This document shows positions 1 to 10,744 of a stretch of 26,963 bases of DNA, piece by piece. Both the position numbers and the translations under genes were made by a program. The first letter of the stretch is position 1; every line of letters starts with the position of its first letter. The notes under the pieces were generated by a model that saw only the letters and a list, made by a program, of their open reading frames with translations, did no database searches and was not told where the DNA came from. Where the stretch lies: sequence record SRR20825006_1197, one strand, 5' to 3'.

Positions 1-1
1 T

Positions 2-3000
2 TTGCACTTGGTGGGACGCACCGGTGGATCCGAGATCACCGTCGACGATTTGCAGACTTCGATTTCGCTGAGCAACCTTTGGTCGGGCGACCCTCAGGCG
101 GGACAATTCGGCGAGGTGCTGGTCCGAGGGGTGCAGCTTTCTTGCACCGTCGACAATGGAACCACTTCGATCGAACAGGATTTGGCAAAGCTTCTCGCCC
201 CAACCGGTGAACCATCCAGTTTCATTCCTCGAGGCACGGTCAAACTACAAGACCTCGAAATTCGGGCGACCGATGCAGCTACCAGCCAAACATGGACTCT
301 GAGCCAATCCCACGCAAACGCGGTCCTCGATGCTTCTCTGTTGGACGTCACCTTTGATGGTGTCTTGAGCCAGCCCGGCGGCGGCGACGGGTCGCTGGCG
401 GGACATGTCAAATTGGCGATGGATCCAGGGAACGTTTCGGCTGACGGTGAGCAGTTGGCGGTTGAGATTGACGCGGATTCGCTGCCGCTGTCCGTTCTCG
501 CGTTGGCCCAGCGACGCTTCCCCAGCAGTGAATTGCCAACCGCCATCACAGGCGATGTCTCGGGGAAAACTCAATTGATCCTGACCGGATCGGGAGAACC
601 AAATCTGGTTTTGCGGCAATTGTATGTTCGGAACTTGGTGGCGGCCGATGCTCAAACCGGGCGGAAGTTGTGGGACAACGAGTTGGCGACGTTCGACGGT
701 GACTTGCAAATTCGCGGCGGACGAGTCAACGCTCGGCAAATTGCCGCCAAGACGGATTTTGCCAGCGTTCAAATGAACGGTTCGTTCCCAGATTCGGTTT
801 CTTTGGCAGGGACGTCAACCAATCCATTGGCTTGGTTGAACCAAGTTGATGCAACCGCAACGGTTCAAGTGGACTTGCCGCGATTGCGACGCGCGTTGCC
901 CGAACTGTTGCCTCTTCGAAACGGAGTCACGTTGGTTGATGGAATTGTCGAGGCTCGCATCGAACCGATCGTGGATGGACGGTCCGCGGCACTTGGCGGC
1001 GAAAACGTTCGACGCCGTCGCTTGATCATCCGCAGCGGCGTCATCCAGGCTCAGTCCGACGGAGGCGAGGTCCGCGTCGCTCCCATTGATGTGTTGGCGG
1101 TCGTCGCCAGTGATTCGCAAAGGCTCTTCGCCGAGCAGTTCGAACTCGAAAGTCCATTCGCCGCGATCAATGGACAGGGCGATTTGCGAAGTGGATCGGC
1201 GAATGTGGACATCAACTTTGGCAAGCTTGCCCGAATCCTGCGTCCCTTGATTGATTTGGACGATCGACGTTTGGAAGGCAACGTCCAAGGCGGACTGCAG
1301 TGGAATGCTCAGAACGATGGACTGTGGCGTTTGCGTGGTGATGGACGGATGACCGGTTTGGCGATCGAACTGACTCCTGGCCAAAGCTTTCAACCATCTT
1401 CGCTACAGTCGCAATTGGACGTGACCGGGCGTTGGCAATCGAGCGGCGGCGGACACCTGTCAGAATTGACCAGCGGAAAGCTGAATGTTCTCGGCAACGG
1501 GCTGGACGCCGATGTCGAGTTGGTGCAGGCGATCTCTGGTCTGGATGCCGACCGATTGATTCCACTTCGAATGAGCGGACAAGGTCAGCTCAATGCGATC
1601 GCGCAAACTTTGGCTCCTTGGATGCCAACCGGCTATGAATCACTTCAAGGCGGTTTCCGGTTCAACGCTCGTGGTGGCATGAGTCAATCCGGTGCAGCGT
1701 TGTTGGAATCGATGGATGCCCAAATCACACAACTCGAAGTGCCCATGTCGGATCAAGTTTGGGAACAAAAACTCGTCAAATTGCATTTTGACGGCAAAGC
1801 GAGTTACCCACAGCAGGACGTGATCATTCGTTCGATGACGGTTGCTGGGGATGCCGCATCCGCCGCGATCCAGGGTGAATGGATCGGTGGGATGACTGAT
1901 ATCGAAGTCGCTTGGCAAGCCGAACTCGAACGATTGCAAAGTAGCGTTCGGGAACGATTGGCAACTCGTCCGCAGGATCCACGGTTGTCGCAATCCAGTT
2001 CGCAAACCCGATCGCTTCAACAAGTCGCCTACCGCAACGCGGCGGCCGGTAGCATCGCATCAAGTGAATGGTTGCTGCGGGGCAAAATGGAAGGCAGCGT
2101 TGTGGCAACGGGCGACCCCGCTGTCTTGTTTCTTGACTCCCACCTAACCGGTCGACAGTTCGAACTGGTCGAGACGGTCCCGCCGACTTCTGTCAATTTC
2201 GGTAGCACCAAGCGTGTTGTTTGGGCCGAGCCCAATCTTCGCATCGACGGTCGAGCTGAATGGAACATGAAGGAGTCATCGCTGCAGGCGAAAGCGATGC
2301 AGATCGCAGGAGATTGGTTTGCGACGACTCTTTCAGGAACCGTCGACTGGAAAGGCGAACAGCAATCGCTGCGTATGGAAGGTCCCGCGAATTTTAAAAT
2401 GGATGAAGTTGCGCGGCGACTCACCGATTTGACCGGCACACCGATCGTCGCCGAGGGAATTCACCCGACTCCTTTGAAATTGCAGTATGTGCAAGGTCCG
2501 AAGGATCAAGTTTCGTTCAACGTGGACGGAAGCCTGGGGTGGGAAAGCGTTGACGCGGCGGGGATGTGGTTCGGACCAGCAGAAGTGCCATTCAAAATGA
2601 CTGAATCAGTTGTTTCCATCGCCCCCTGCACCATTCCGGTTCTCGGTGCCAGTCGCTACGTGCAACAACAATACGGCCCGATCGTCGCACCATTGGATTA
2701 CGACCCGAACGATCCCGCAACCTATCAAGCGGCGAATGCCAACACAGCCGCCAATGGCAGATTGTTGCTGGCGGGAGATGTTCACTACCGCCCCGCAATT
2801 TGGATTGATTTGAAGCCGGGGCCCATCGCGAAGAATGTCCAGCTCACACCTGAGATCACCGGGCAATGGCTGAAGTACATCGCACCGATCGCAGCGGACG
2901 CCGCTCGTGTTGATGGAACGTTCAGTGCAACGCTCGAACAAGGCATGGTTTCGATTGACAACCCGAATCAATCGACAATCCGTGGACGTTTGGAAGTGGA

Positions 3001-3529
3001 TCAAGTTCGTATGAACGCCGGACCGTTGGCAGATCAGGTGATCGCGGGAGCACGACAGTTGCAGTCGCTCGCCGCGTTGGGGTCACGAGCCAACCCACCT
3101 CGCAGTGGTCGTACCTTGATCACGATGCCCGCACAAACGATTGAGTTCAATGTCGCAGGCGGAGTCGTCGATCACCGCGCTCTGCTGTTGGAAATTGATC
3201 GAGCCAAGGTAACCACCAGCGGTCGAGTGACGATGGATGGGCAGTTGGACTTGATCGCTCAGATACCGCTGGACGCATCTTGGATGGGTAGCGACCTGAG
3301 TGCTCTCACCGGTCAGATTATCACCATTCCGGTCAATGGAACTCTGGATCGCCCTCAACTAGATTCGTCGGGCATCCAGCGGATGGTTGCCGATATGGGA
3401 ACGCGTGCGGCTCAAGAAGCCGGTGCGAACTTCTTGCAAGAACAAATCGGCCGAGGTCAGCAGCAGCTCGAGGACAGTCTGAACAAAGGCTTCGAGAAGC
3501 TACGGATCGACAAGTTGTTCGGTCGCTGA
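2..3529 (+). CDS. Large AsmA-like (repeating beta-groove) envelope protein, 5'-truncated by the window edge
   Basis: 1175-aa frame open from the window start. Long runs of alternating hydrophobic/Gly beta-strands. C-terminus 'GRVTMDGQLDLIAQIP...ITIPVNGTLDRPQLD' followed by an amphipathic helix resembles AsmA-like C-termini. True start probably lies upstream. Confidence 0.6.
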   Translation: MHLVGRTGGSEITVDDLQTSISLSNLWSGDPQAGQFGEVLVRGVQLSCTVDNGTTSIEQDLAKLLAPTGEPSSFIPRGTVKLQDLEIRATDAATSQTWTLSQSHANAVLDASLLDVTFDGVLSQPGGGDGSLAGHVKLAMDPGNVSADGEQLAVEIDADSLPLSVLALAQRRFPSSELPTAITGDVSGKTQLILTGSGEPNLVLRQLYVRNLVAADAQTGRKLWDNELATFDGDLQIRGGRVNARQIAAKTDFASVQMNGSFPDSVSLAGTSTNPLAWLNQVDATATVQVDLPRLRRALPELLPLRNGVTLVDGIVEARIEPIVDGRSAALGGENVRRRRLIIRSGVIQAQSDGGEVRVAPIDVLAVVASDSQRLFAEQFELESPFAAINGQGDLRSGSANVDINFGKLARILRPLIDLDDRRLEGNVQGGLQWNAQNDGLWRLRGDGRMTGLAIELTPGQSFQPSSLQSQLDVTGRWQSSGGGHLSELTSGKLNVLGNGLDADVELVQAISGLDADRLIPLRMSGQGQLNAIAQTLAPWMPTGYESLQGGFRFNARGGMSQSGAALLESMDAQITQLEVPMSDQVWEQKLVKLHFDGKASYPQQDVIIRSMTVAGDAASAAIQGEWIGGMTDIEVAWQAELERLQSSVRERLATRPQDPRLSQSSSQTRSLQQVAYRNAAAGSIASSEWLLRGKMEGSVVATGDPAVLFLDSHLTGRQFELVETVPPTSVNFGSTKRVVWAEPNLRIDGRAEWNMKESSLQAKAMQIAGDWFATTLSGTVDWKGEQQSLRMEGPANFKMDEVARRLTDLTGTPIVAEGIHPTPLKLQYVQGPKDQVSFNVDGSLGWESVDAAGMWFGPAEVPFKMTESVVSIAPCTIPVLGASRYVQQQYGPIVAPLDYDPNDPATYQAANANTAANGRLLLAGDVHYRPAIWIDLKPGPIAKNVQLTPEITGQWLKYIAPIAADAARVDGTFSATLEQGMVSIDNPNQSTIRGRLEVDQVRMNAGPLADQVIAGARQLQSLAALGSRANPPRSGRTLITMPAQTIEFNVAGGVVDHRALLLEIDRAKVTTSGRVTMDGQLDLIAQIPLDASWMGSDLSALTGQIITIPVNGTLDRPQLDSSGIQRMVADMGTRAAQEAGANFLQEQIGRGQQQLEDSLNKGFEKLRIDKLFGR

Positions 3530-3585
3530 TCTAGCCGGATATCGCCACTTTGGAACTGCCGTAACGCGTTTGTCGATCCAATGCG

Positions 3586-6426
3586 TCAAACGGTGGCGGA
3601 TGCCAACTCACTCGGAATCCGCGTTTCTAGAACGGCGACAATTGGTTTGTCGGACCTTTCCGGGCGATCAATTTGACGTGGCAGGCAGAGCGTGAACAAA
3701 GTGCCTTCGCCAAGGTCGCTGTGGATTTCCACGGTCCCGCCATGCAACTTGGTGACGACGTCATAGGTGATCGACAATCCTTGGCCGGTGCCTTTGCCAA
3801 CTTCCTTCGTTGTGAAGAATGGCTCGAAAGCTTTCGTTTTGACTTCGTCAGACATGCCGGGGCCATCGTCGCGAATTTCGATGAATACGTGTTGTTCGTC
3901 GAATCTGGTCGCCACTTCGATTTTGCCCATGCCTGAAGATCCATTGTTGGTCACTTCGCCGATGGCGTCCGCCGCATTGATGATCAAATTCAGGAATACC
4001 TGACTGAGTTCAGCCGGCAGGGCATCGATTGTTGGAAGGTTGCTATCGAGTGAGAGTTCAACTTCGGCGACGCACTTCCACCGGTTGCGGCTGAGAATGC
4101 TCGAATCGCGAATCAGCGTGTTGATGTCGGTGTCGCTTTTGGATTGTGATCCTGGATGAGACATGACCCTCATCGCTCGAACGATTTCGACGACTCGTTT
4201 GGCCGCGGTTGAAGTCTCTTCGATCGCCATGGGGAACTGCGAACGAATGAAGTCGAAACGATTTGTCGCGAGGATCTCCGCCACATTTCCCAATCGATCT
4301 TCCCGGTCTTCCGGGCTCATTTCCAGCAATCCTCGGAATGTGTCCGCAACGGTTAGCAAGCGATCGGAGTGTTCTTGCAGGAAATCAATGTTGCCGCCGA
4401 TGCACTGCATCGGTGTGTTGATTTCGTGTGCGATACCGGCAGCGAGTTGTCCGATGGACTCCAGCTTTTGTGCTTGAAGCAGCTTGTTCTCAAGTTTTTT
4501 GTAGACCGTCATGTCCGTCGCACAAGCAACAAAAACCTGCTCCGATTTATGTTCGATCGTGAGAGTTCGGACATGGACGGGATATTGTGTCCCGTCGGAT
4601 CGAACGTGAATCGACTCGTATTCTGCTTCGACCGCCTCACCGTTGATGATGGGCATGAGATGCTCTTTCAATCGCTTGCCATTGGATTCATCCAAGAAGC
4701 TCAAGAGTGTTTTGCCGCGGTATCCAGATTCATCGACGAGCAAGTTTTGACAGGCAGCATGATTGACCTCCAGCAATTCAAAGGTCCGCATGTCGAACAC
4801 GTAAATTTCGCTTGGACATTCAGCTTGGATTTTGGCCAAGCCATTGAGTCGCTCTTCGGCCGCTTTCCGTTCGGTAATGTCGATGTAGGCTCCGACCAAA
4901 CCGACGCTCTCGTCGTCGAGGTTGCGCAGCGGAGTCTTGCTGGCCAAAACGATGAATGATTTCCCATCGGAACGTTGCTTTGCCATTTCCTGGTTCTTGA
5001 TAGGAATCCCGAAATGCATGATCGATTCCTCGAGCACATTTTTGTGTTCACGAGTTTCGGTCTTCCACGGAAGTTCAACGTCGGTTTTTCCCACGATGTC
5101 CGCTTCCGATGACAATCCCATCCATTCCGCGAATGAGCGACTGCAACCCTGGTAGACCCCCGTTTTGTCTTTCCAGAAAAGAGGGATGGGCAAGTTGGAA
5201 AGCACGGAGCCGAGAAAGAGTTGCTCGTTCGCTAAATCGGTTGCCGTTTTGTCAATCGCGTCGACTTGGATTGCGATATCTTGCGATACCTTGCGAGTGA
5301 GAATGAGGAAGACCAATCCCAAGATCGCTCCAGAGGCGAGGTTGATTCCCCAGACGGTTCGAAGTGCTCTGGCAAAGCTCTCGGCGTATCGGTTTTTCAA
5401 CGCCGTTCCGGCTATTGCGAGCTTGCTTCGCTGTTGATCCAGCACGTTCGCGTGCTCGGTCGCAAGTTCGCTGAGGCGTTGACGCTCCGACCGGCTTTCC
5501 GCCAGTGCGAATTGCAAAGCAAGTAGTCCGGGCAAGTGAAGGTTTTGGTTGCCCGTCGTTGCATCGTCTGCAACGCGATCGGACAGTGGATTGAAGATTG
5601 TGGCCTCAATCTGCTCGACCACGTCCAGCTTTCCAAGCTCTTCGGTCGATGCCTTCACGCGTAACAAGAGTGGGCGAATTTGATTTTCGCCCATGTCAGC
5701 CAGTTGGTCGACGTTGGGAGTCGTCATCAATTGGCTAAGGTGAAAACGAAGTTGTTTGATGTCGCCACTGAGTTGGTTGGTCAGTGTCGAACCGGCACAG
5801 TCCTTCAAAATTTCCGCGATTGGCTTTGGATTTTCGGAAAGATGACTTCGCAATCCAAGTGCCAAACGAAGACGTTGAATGCCACGTTGCTTGTCAGCTG
5901 TTTGCAACAGATCAGCGAGGGTCGAATCCAATTCAGCAAAACGTCGTTGAGCCGTCGCGGTGAGATAAGCGTGACGACTTTTCCAGGCTTCCGCTTTGAC
6001 GCTCCAATCCCTATGCGGTTCCGTTGTGATTTGAAGCCGCTCTTCACCCGTGAGGCAAAGCGACGTATTGAGAGAGTCGCAGGTGTTTTGGACCAGTGAG
6101 AGTTCCACTTGCCAGTTGTTGTGTTGATGGTCCGTGTCGTCTGTGCCGGATTTTTTTGATTCCGAGAGTAGTTCGGTTGCTTCGTTGTTGCGGCTGACTG
6201 TTGCTCGGCTCATCGCCAATCGCGCATCATTGACTTGGGCTTCGATCGCGTTAGCTTTTGCGCGACTGTCTTCGTGCCAATTCAGCAGGGCGGTCGCGAT
6301 GACAAAGAACAGAATGCCGCTGCACACCGCCGTGGCACTGAGCCAACGCACCCGGCGTTGAGCATCATGGGCGTTTCTTGATGGTTGTTTCGTCGTTGGT
6401 CGAACGTCGTGATTTGGATTACTCAC
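3586..6426 (-). CDS. Membrane-bound PAS-PAS sensor histidine kinase (NtrB-like), no receiver domain
   Basis: Two TM segments flank a large periplasmic region. Two PAS/PAC domains ('LFWKDKTGVYQGCS...LVGAYIDITERK', 'EIYVFD...FVACATDMT'). H-box 'GQLAAGIAHEINTP', N-box 'QVFLNLIINAADA', G1 'DDGPGM', F 'FEPFFTTK', G2 'GTGQGL'. GTG start overlaps the upstream gene's stop. Confidence 0.95.
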   Translation of the reverse strand: MSNPNHDVRPTTKQPSRNAHDAQRRVRWLSATAVCSGILFFVIATALLNWHEDSRAKANAIEAQVNDARLAMSRATVSRNNEATELLSESKKSGTDDTDHQHNNWQVELSLVQNTCDSLNTSLCLTGEERLQITTEPHRDWSVKAEAWKSRHAYLTATAQRRFAELDSTLADLLQTADKQRGIQRLRLALGLRSHLSENPKPIAEILKDCAGSTLTNQLSGDIKQLRFHLSQLMTTPNVDQLADMGENQIRPLLLRVKASTEELGKLDVVEQIEATIFNPLSDRVADDATTGNQNLHLPGLLALQFALAESRSERQRLSELATEHANVLDQQRSKLAIAGTALKNRYAESFARALRTVWGINLASGAILGLVFLILTRKVSQDIAIQVDAIDKTATDLANEQLFLGSVLSNLPIPLFWKDKTGVYQGCSRSFAEWMGLSSEADIVGKTDVELPWKTETREHKNVLEESIMHFGIPIKNQEMAKQRSDGKSFIVLASKTPLRNLDDESVGLVGAYIDITERKAAEERLNGLAKIQAECPSEIYVFDMRTFELLEVNHAACQNLLVDESGYRGKTLLSFLDESNGKRLKEHLMPIINGEAVEAEYESIHVRSDGTQYPVHVRTLTIEHKSEQVFVACATDMTVYKKLENKLLQAQKLESIGQLAAGIAHEINTPMQCIGGNIDFLQEHSDRLLTVADTFRGLLEMSPEDREDRLGNVAEILATNRFDFIRSQFPMAIEETSTAAKRVVEIVRAMRVMSHPGSQSKSDTDINTLIRDSSILSRNRWKCVAEVELSLDSNLPTIDALPAELSQVFLNLIINAADAIGEVTNNGSSGMGKIEVATRFDEQHVFIEIRDDGPGMSDEVKTKAFEPFFTTKEVGKGTGQGLSITYDVVTKLHGGTVEIHSDLGEGTLFTLCLPRQIDRPERSDKPIVAVLETRIPSELASATV

Positions 6427-7663
6427 TCAGGAGTTCCTCCCATGCGAGTGACTGGCTACCGTCGGCGCCGATCAGAACGGGCCAAACCTTGCTGCTGGCT
6501 TGATGGTCATTGGGACCCAGTGTCAACGGTGCGCCCAAGCCGATGTCGAATTGTCCGAGTTGTTCCAAAGCGGCCGCGATGGATGAGCGACTGATTTCTC
6601 CTTTGATTGAGGTGACCGCCTTGACCAAGATTCGTCCGACGATGTAACCCTCCAGCGACACAAACGACAACGGGAGTTCAGGATCGTAATCTCGCATCGC
6701 GTCGCGGTATTCGCTGACCAGCGGCAGATCACTATCGAAATGAGGAACCACTTGGGTCGCGACAATTCCATTGGCTAGGTCGCCGAGTGATCGTTGCAGA
6801 GCATCAGCGCCCACGAACGAGACCGCTAGAAACTGAGGATTGAAATCATTCATGCGTGCCAAGCGAATCAGCTTTGAGCAGGGCTCGTACGTCCCGACCA
6901 TGATGACCGCTTTTGGTAAAGGCTGGTGCATCAGCAGATCAGCGAGTCCGTCTTCGACTTGAGATGTGTTTCGACGATAGCGACCGTGCGGAACGCTGGA
7001 GACTTTGACGGCTTGATGTCGTCTTATCGCGGCCAAGCCTCCAAAGAATCCGTCGTCGCCGTAACTGTCGTTTTGAGTGAAGAACCCAATCTCTTCAGGC
7101 TTGATGCCTTTTGCGACCAGGGCGTCAACCATCGCGGCGGTCTCTTCTGCGTAGCTGGCTCGGTAGTTGATGACGAACTCGACCGACTCTGTTTTTCTCA
7201 ATGCGCTGGCTCCCGTGAACGCACCAAAGAATGGTGTCTTTGTCTGCTGCGCGATTGGGATGGCGGTGATGGCGGTGGGGGTTCCGACATTACCGACGAC
7301 CGCCAGCACCTCGTGCTCATCGGTCAGTCGATGCATATTCGGAGCTGTGCGCGCCGGTTCGTATCCATCGTCGAGTGCGATGAGCTTTATCGTTTTGGAC
7401 GGAAGACGGTTTTTTGCCTTTGCCTCATCAAACGCGGCCAAGATTCCATGCCGCATGTTGATGCCAAGTTCTGCGGCCGGTCCGCTCAAAGCGGTCGACA
7501 TCCCAAATTTCAACAGCTGCGCATCAACCGGTGTCGCATCAAGCGATTTCGGTGCTGCTCCACTGGCTGACGGCGCGCTAACGCAAAGGACTGCGAAGAT
7601 GGTTGCCAGTGTTAAGTTCTGTTTGAGCGGAAGTGCTCGCGCAGTTGCCCCAATAGTCTTCAT
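6419..7663 (-). CDS. Periplasmic ligand-binding protein, type I (LivJ/branched-chain amino acid-binding-like)
   Basis: Signal peptide; motifs 'GMSTALSGPAAELG', 'LDDGYEPART', 'VGNVGTPT', 'RASYAEE', 'QNDSYGDDG', 'SLEGYI' typical of PBP1 LivJ-like proteins. Confidence 0.9.
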   Translation of the reverse strand: MKTIGATARALPLKQNLTLATIFAVLCVSAPSASGAAPKSLDATPVDAQLLKFGMSTALSGPAAELGINMRHGILAAFDEAKAKNRLPSKTIKLIALDDGYEPARTAPNMHRLTDEHEVLAVVGNVGTPTAITAIPIAQQTKTPFFGAFTGASALRKTESVEFVINYRASYAEETAAMVDALVAKGIKPEEIGFFTQNDSYGDDGFFGGLAAIRRHQAVKVSSVPHGRYRRNTSQVEDGLADLLMHQPLPKAVIMVGTYEPCSKLIRLARMNDFNPQFLAVSFVGADALQRSLGDLANGIVATQVVPHFDSDLPLVSEYRDAMRDYDPELPLSFVSLEGYIVGRILVKAVTSIKGEISRSSIAAALEQLGQFDIGLGAPLTLGPNDHQASSKVWPVLIGADGSQSLAWEELLSE

Positions 7664-8107
7664 GAAAGATTGCCCCCTTAAGTGAAAGACTCACAAGGAA
7701 CCTAGGTTTGGATTCTTTCGCACCACATTGGTGTTAGGTGAATCAATCCTGGGGAGCGGTATACCGAACGTGCTCGTGATGGTCGTGCCGAAAATGGAGG
7801 CGTTTCGGGCTTGGTTGGCTTCAAACATCGCCCGTCCAAAAATTGAGAGTCTCTCAAGTGATCGAACGCCGCGATTGCTGTGGGGCTGGATCTTCCGATT
7901 TTAAGGACAATGAACGGACAAAAGCACACATTGGTCAGCAACCGATTGGGGTGTTCGGTGTCGAATGCACCATTGCGATCGGATTGTGGCGATGCAGACG
8001 GATTGAGACTGTGGCGAGTCAAAGCGAAGTCATCGACATGCGACGAAGGCGGGGAAGCTGGCCATTGTGCCAGCCCCTATTTGCCGTTGTTGTGATACAA
8101 AGACGGC

Positions 8108-10744
8108 ATGAACGCCAACTCGCCTTCGACACCTGAGTCCCTCCCCCCCCGCCCTGCCACGGTCGAGCCTGATCTCGATCGAGACACGTTGGCGGAGGAG
8201 TATTTCGAACTGCTTGCTTACGAGCCGTATCCGGTTCAAGAGGAAGCGTTGCTGGCGTATTTCACGGGGAATACGCAGCGGACCGAAGGCGGTCCAGCCG
8301 CTCAGCATGGTGTGCTCGTGTGTGCGCCGACCGGAACCGGAAAAACGTTGATCGCCGAGGCTGCGGTCTATGAAGCGTTGCGCACCGGCAAACGGATGTA
8401 CTACACGACGCCCTTGATCGCTCTGACCGATCAAAAGCTCGACGAACTCAGAGAGTCGGCCGTGCGGTGGGGATTCTCGCCGGACCAAGTCGGTTTGGTG
8501 ACCGGCAACCGCAGCGTTAATCCAGACGCTCCAGTTTTAGTTGTCGTCGCCGAGATTCTGCTGAATCGTTTGCTCAATCCTGAAGCGTTTGAATTCGACG
8601 ATGTCACTTGCGTGGTGATGGACGAATTCCACTCGTTCAATGATTACGAACGCGGCGTGGTTTGGGAGCTCACGCTCGGGCTGTTACCCAAGCATGTTCG
8701 AACGTTGCTATTGAGTGCGACGGTTGGCAACTCGATGGCATTCACAAGTTGGTTGCGAAACGCCCACGGTCGAAATCTACAGTTGGTGCAAGGCACCGAA
8801 CGAAAGGTCCCGCTTCAGTACGAGTGGGTGGAAGACGACCTGCTGAACGAATTTTGCGAGAAGATCTCGGCGGGTGATGATGAGGAACGGCGGACCCCGG
8901 CACTGTTGTTTTGTTTCAGTCGATCGATGTGCTGGACCAATGCGGAAATGCTCAAAGGCAAATCGCTGATCAACAAAGCACGCCAGAAAGAATTGTCCGA
9001 TATTCTGAATGCATCTGACTTCACCAATGGTGTTGGACCCAAGCTCAAGCAAATTTTGATGCGAGGCGTTGGAGTTCACCACGCCGGGATTTTGCCTTGC
9101 TATCGCCGCATCGTCGAAGAGTTGTTTCAGAAGAAGCTGCTAAGTATTTGTGTTTGCACTGAAACGCTCGCGGCAGGAATCAACTTGCCAGCTCGTAGCG
9201 TGGTTTTGCCGAGTCTGCTGAAGGGGCCTCGAGACAAAAAGAAGTTGGTGGACATCGCATCGGCGCAGCAGATCTTTGGCCGTGCCGGTCGGCCTCAGTT
9301 TGATGATCGAGGTTACGTATTTGCCTTGGCCCATGAGGATGACGTCAAAATCAATCGATGGCGGCAAAAATACGATTCCATTCCGGAGGATACCAAGGAC
9401 CCGGGATTGTTGAAGGCGAAAAAGCAACTGAAGAAGAAAATGCCCAAACGTCGGGCGGGTGAATCGTATTGGACTCAGACACAGTTCGAGCAACTGCAGG
9501 TCGCTAAATCGGCGGATCTATCCAGTCGTGGAAAGGTTCCCTGGAGATTGCTTGCTTACTTATTGTCGAAAGATCAAAACGTTCAGCCGATTCGGGAGTT
9601 GGTGGGGCGCCGATTGATGACGCCTTCACAGATCGACGTGGCACAGAAGGATCTCAATCGGATGCTGATCACGATGTGGTCGGGCGGCTATATCGAGTTG
9701 CAGCCGCCGCCGCGGATTGCTCCCGAACGAAAGCCCACGCCAAAGGGAACCAAACCTGGGCAGCCAAAACCGGGGGCAAATGAGCCCGAGCCGGTCGCGA
9801 CCGGCGGATTGTTTGGTGAGTTGTTGGACGAAATGCGGGCGGCGGAACCTGAAGCGAAGCCCGAGCAATCAGCGGAAGAAAATCAGACGGTCGACGACGC
9901 GGAAGCTCTCGCCAAACGCGGTTATGAGCTCGAGGACTACCGGCCGGAAACGGCCAAGCCAACTGTGCGGCTGGAGCGCTTGGTTCAGCTAAAAAGTGTC
10001 AATCCATTGTTTGGCGTTTTCATGGCGGATCAGTTGGCGGACGCCGATGAACAAGAACGCATCGCGGCACTGGAAAGCATGCTGGAGGTGCCGGGGTCGG
10101 TCGCGAAATTTGCCCGCATGACATCCTACGACATCATCCCGCCAGGAGCATTGGCTCAAAACCGATTGGACGCGTTGCTGTTGCAGCGGGGGTTGGCAAC
10201 GATGGAAGAATTAGGGGGCGGCAAAGAGGAGGAAGAGGAAGAAGTGAAGGACCGTGGGTTTGGGCGAGTGATGTTCGAGGAACCTCGGGTGTGGCCACTC
10301 ACCATCGGCGAAAAACTACTTCGATTGTTTCGGGATGAATTCCCCAAGGTCGATGACGTGCGGGTTCGCCCGGTCTGGATCGTTGGCGAATTGCTTGAGT
10401 TCGGCGGTGACTTCAACAAGTACGTCACAGCGAGAAAGCTGCAAAAGGAAGAGGGCATTCTTTTCAGGCATTGCTTGCGGATGATTTTGCTATGCGACGA
10501 GATGGCAAATGTGCCTCCCAAGGGAACCACGGTGGAGACGTGGGAGGATTGGTTGGATGACATCGCGGACACGTTGACGGAAGCATGCCGGAAGATTGAC
10601 CCGCAAAGCACAGATGAAATACTGAGTCAGTCAGAGTCGCCCCTGACGGATGATTTGACCGGTGGTCGCCGCAACACCGGCAGCAAAAACACCAAGCCAT
10701 TGATCAGCGAATCAGCTGAGAATGAGGAACAATCGACACCATGA
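8108..10744 (+). CDS. Ski2/HelY-like superfamily II (DExH) helicase
   Basis: Walker A 'APTGTGKT', Ia 'TTPLIAL', II 'MDEFH', III 'LSAT', 'GVGVHHAG', V '[13 protein letters not shown]', VI '[12 protein letters not shown]'. Confidence 0.93.
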   Translation: MNANSPSTPESLPPRPATVEPDLDRDTLAEEYFELLAYEPYPVQEEALLAYFTGNTQRTEGGPAAQHGVLVCAPTGTGKTLIAEAAVYEALRTGKRMYYTTPLIALTDQKLDELRESAVRWGFSPDQVGLVTGNRSVNPDAPVLVVVAEILLNRLLNPEAFEFDDVTCVVMDEFHSFNDYERGVVWELTLGLLPKHVRTLLLSATVGNSMAFTSWLRNAHGRNLQLVQGTERKVPLQYEWVEDDLLNEFCEKISAGDDEERRTPALLFCFSRSMCWTNAEMLKGKSLINKARQKELSDILNASDFTNGVGPKLKQILMRGVGVHHAGILPCYRRIVEELFQKKLLSICVCTETLAAGINLPARSVVLPSLLKGPRDKKKLVDIASAQQIFGRAGRPQFDDRGYVFALAHEDDVKINRWRQKYDSIPEDTKDPGLLKAKKQLKKKMPKRRAGESYWTQTQFEQLQVAKSADLSSRGKVPWRLLAYLLSKDQNVQPIRELVGRRLMTPSQIDVAQKDLNRMLITMWSGGYIELQPPPRIAPERKPTPKGTKPGQPKPGANEPEPVATGGLFGELLDEMRAAEPEAKPEQSAEENQTVDDAEALAKRGYELEDYRPETAKPTVRLERLVQLKSVNPLFGVFMADQLADADEQERIAALESMLEVPGSVAKFARMTSYDIIPPGALAQNRLDALLLQRGLATMEELGGGKEEEEEEVKDRGFGRVMFEEPRVWPLTIGEKLLRLFRDEFPKVDDVRVRPVWIVGELLEFGGDFNKYVTARKLQKEEGILFRHCLRMILLCDEMANVPPKGTTVETWEDWLDDIADTLTEACRKIDPQSTDEILSQSESPLTDDLTGGRRNTGSKNTKPLISESAENEEQSTP

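Noticed and set aside
7664-8107. Small ORFs (7702-8022, 7843-8136, 7880-8095) or an ncRNA in the 444-bp divergent gap
   Set aside because: No recognisable motifs or RNA family; most simply a divergent promoter region.
8143-8150. C8 homopolymer near the helicase 5' end as a phase-variation switch
   Set aside because: Short, in frame, encodes a Pro-rich N-terminus; no evidence of variability.
8108-10744. Helicase as part of an anti-phage defence system
   Set aside because: No nuclease, methylase or other defence partner nearby; the context is housekeeping (lpxK).
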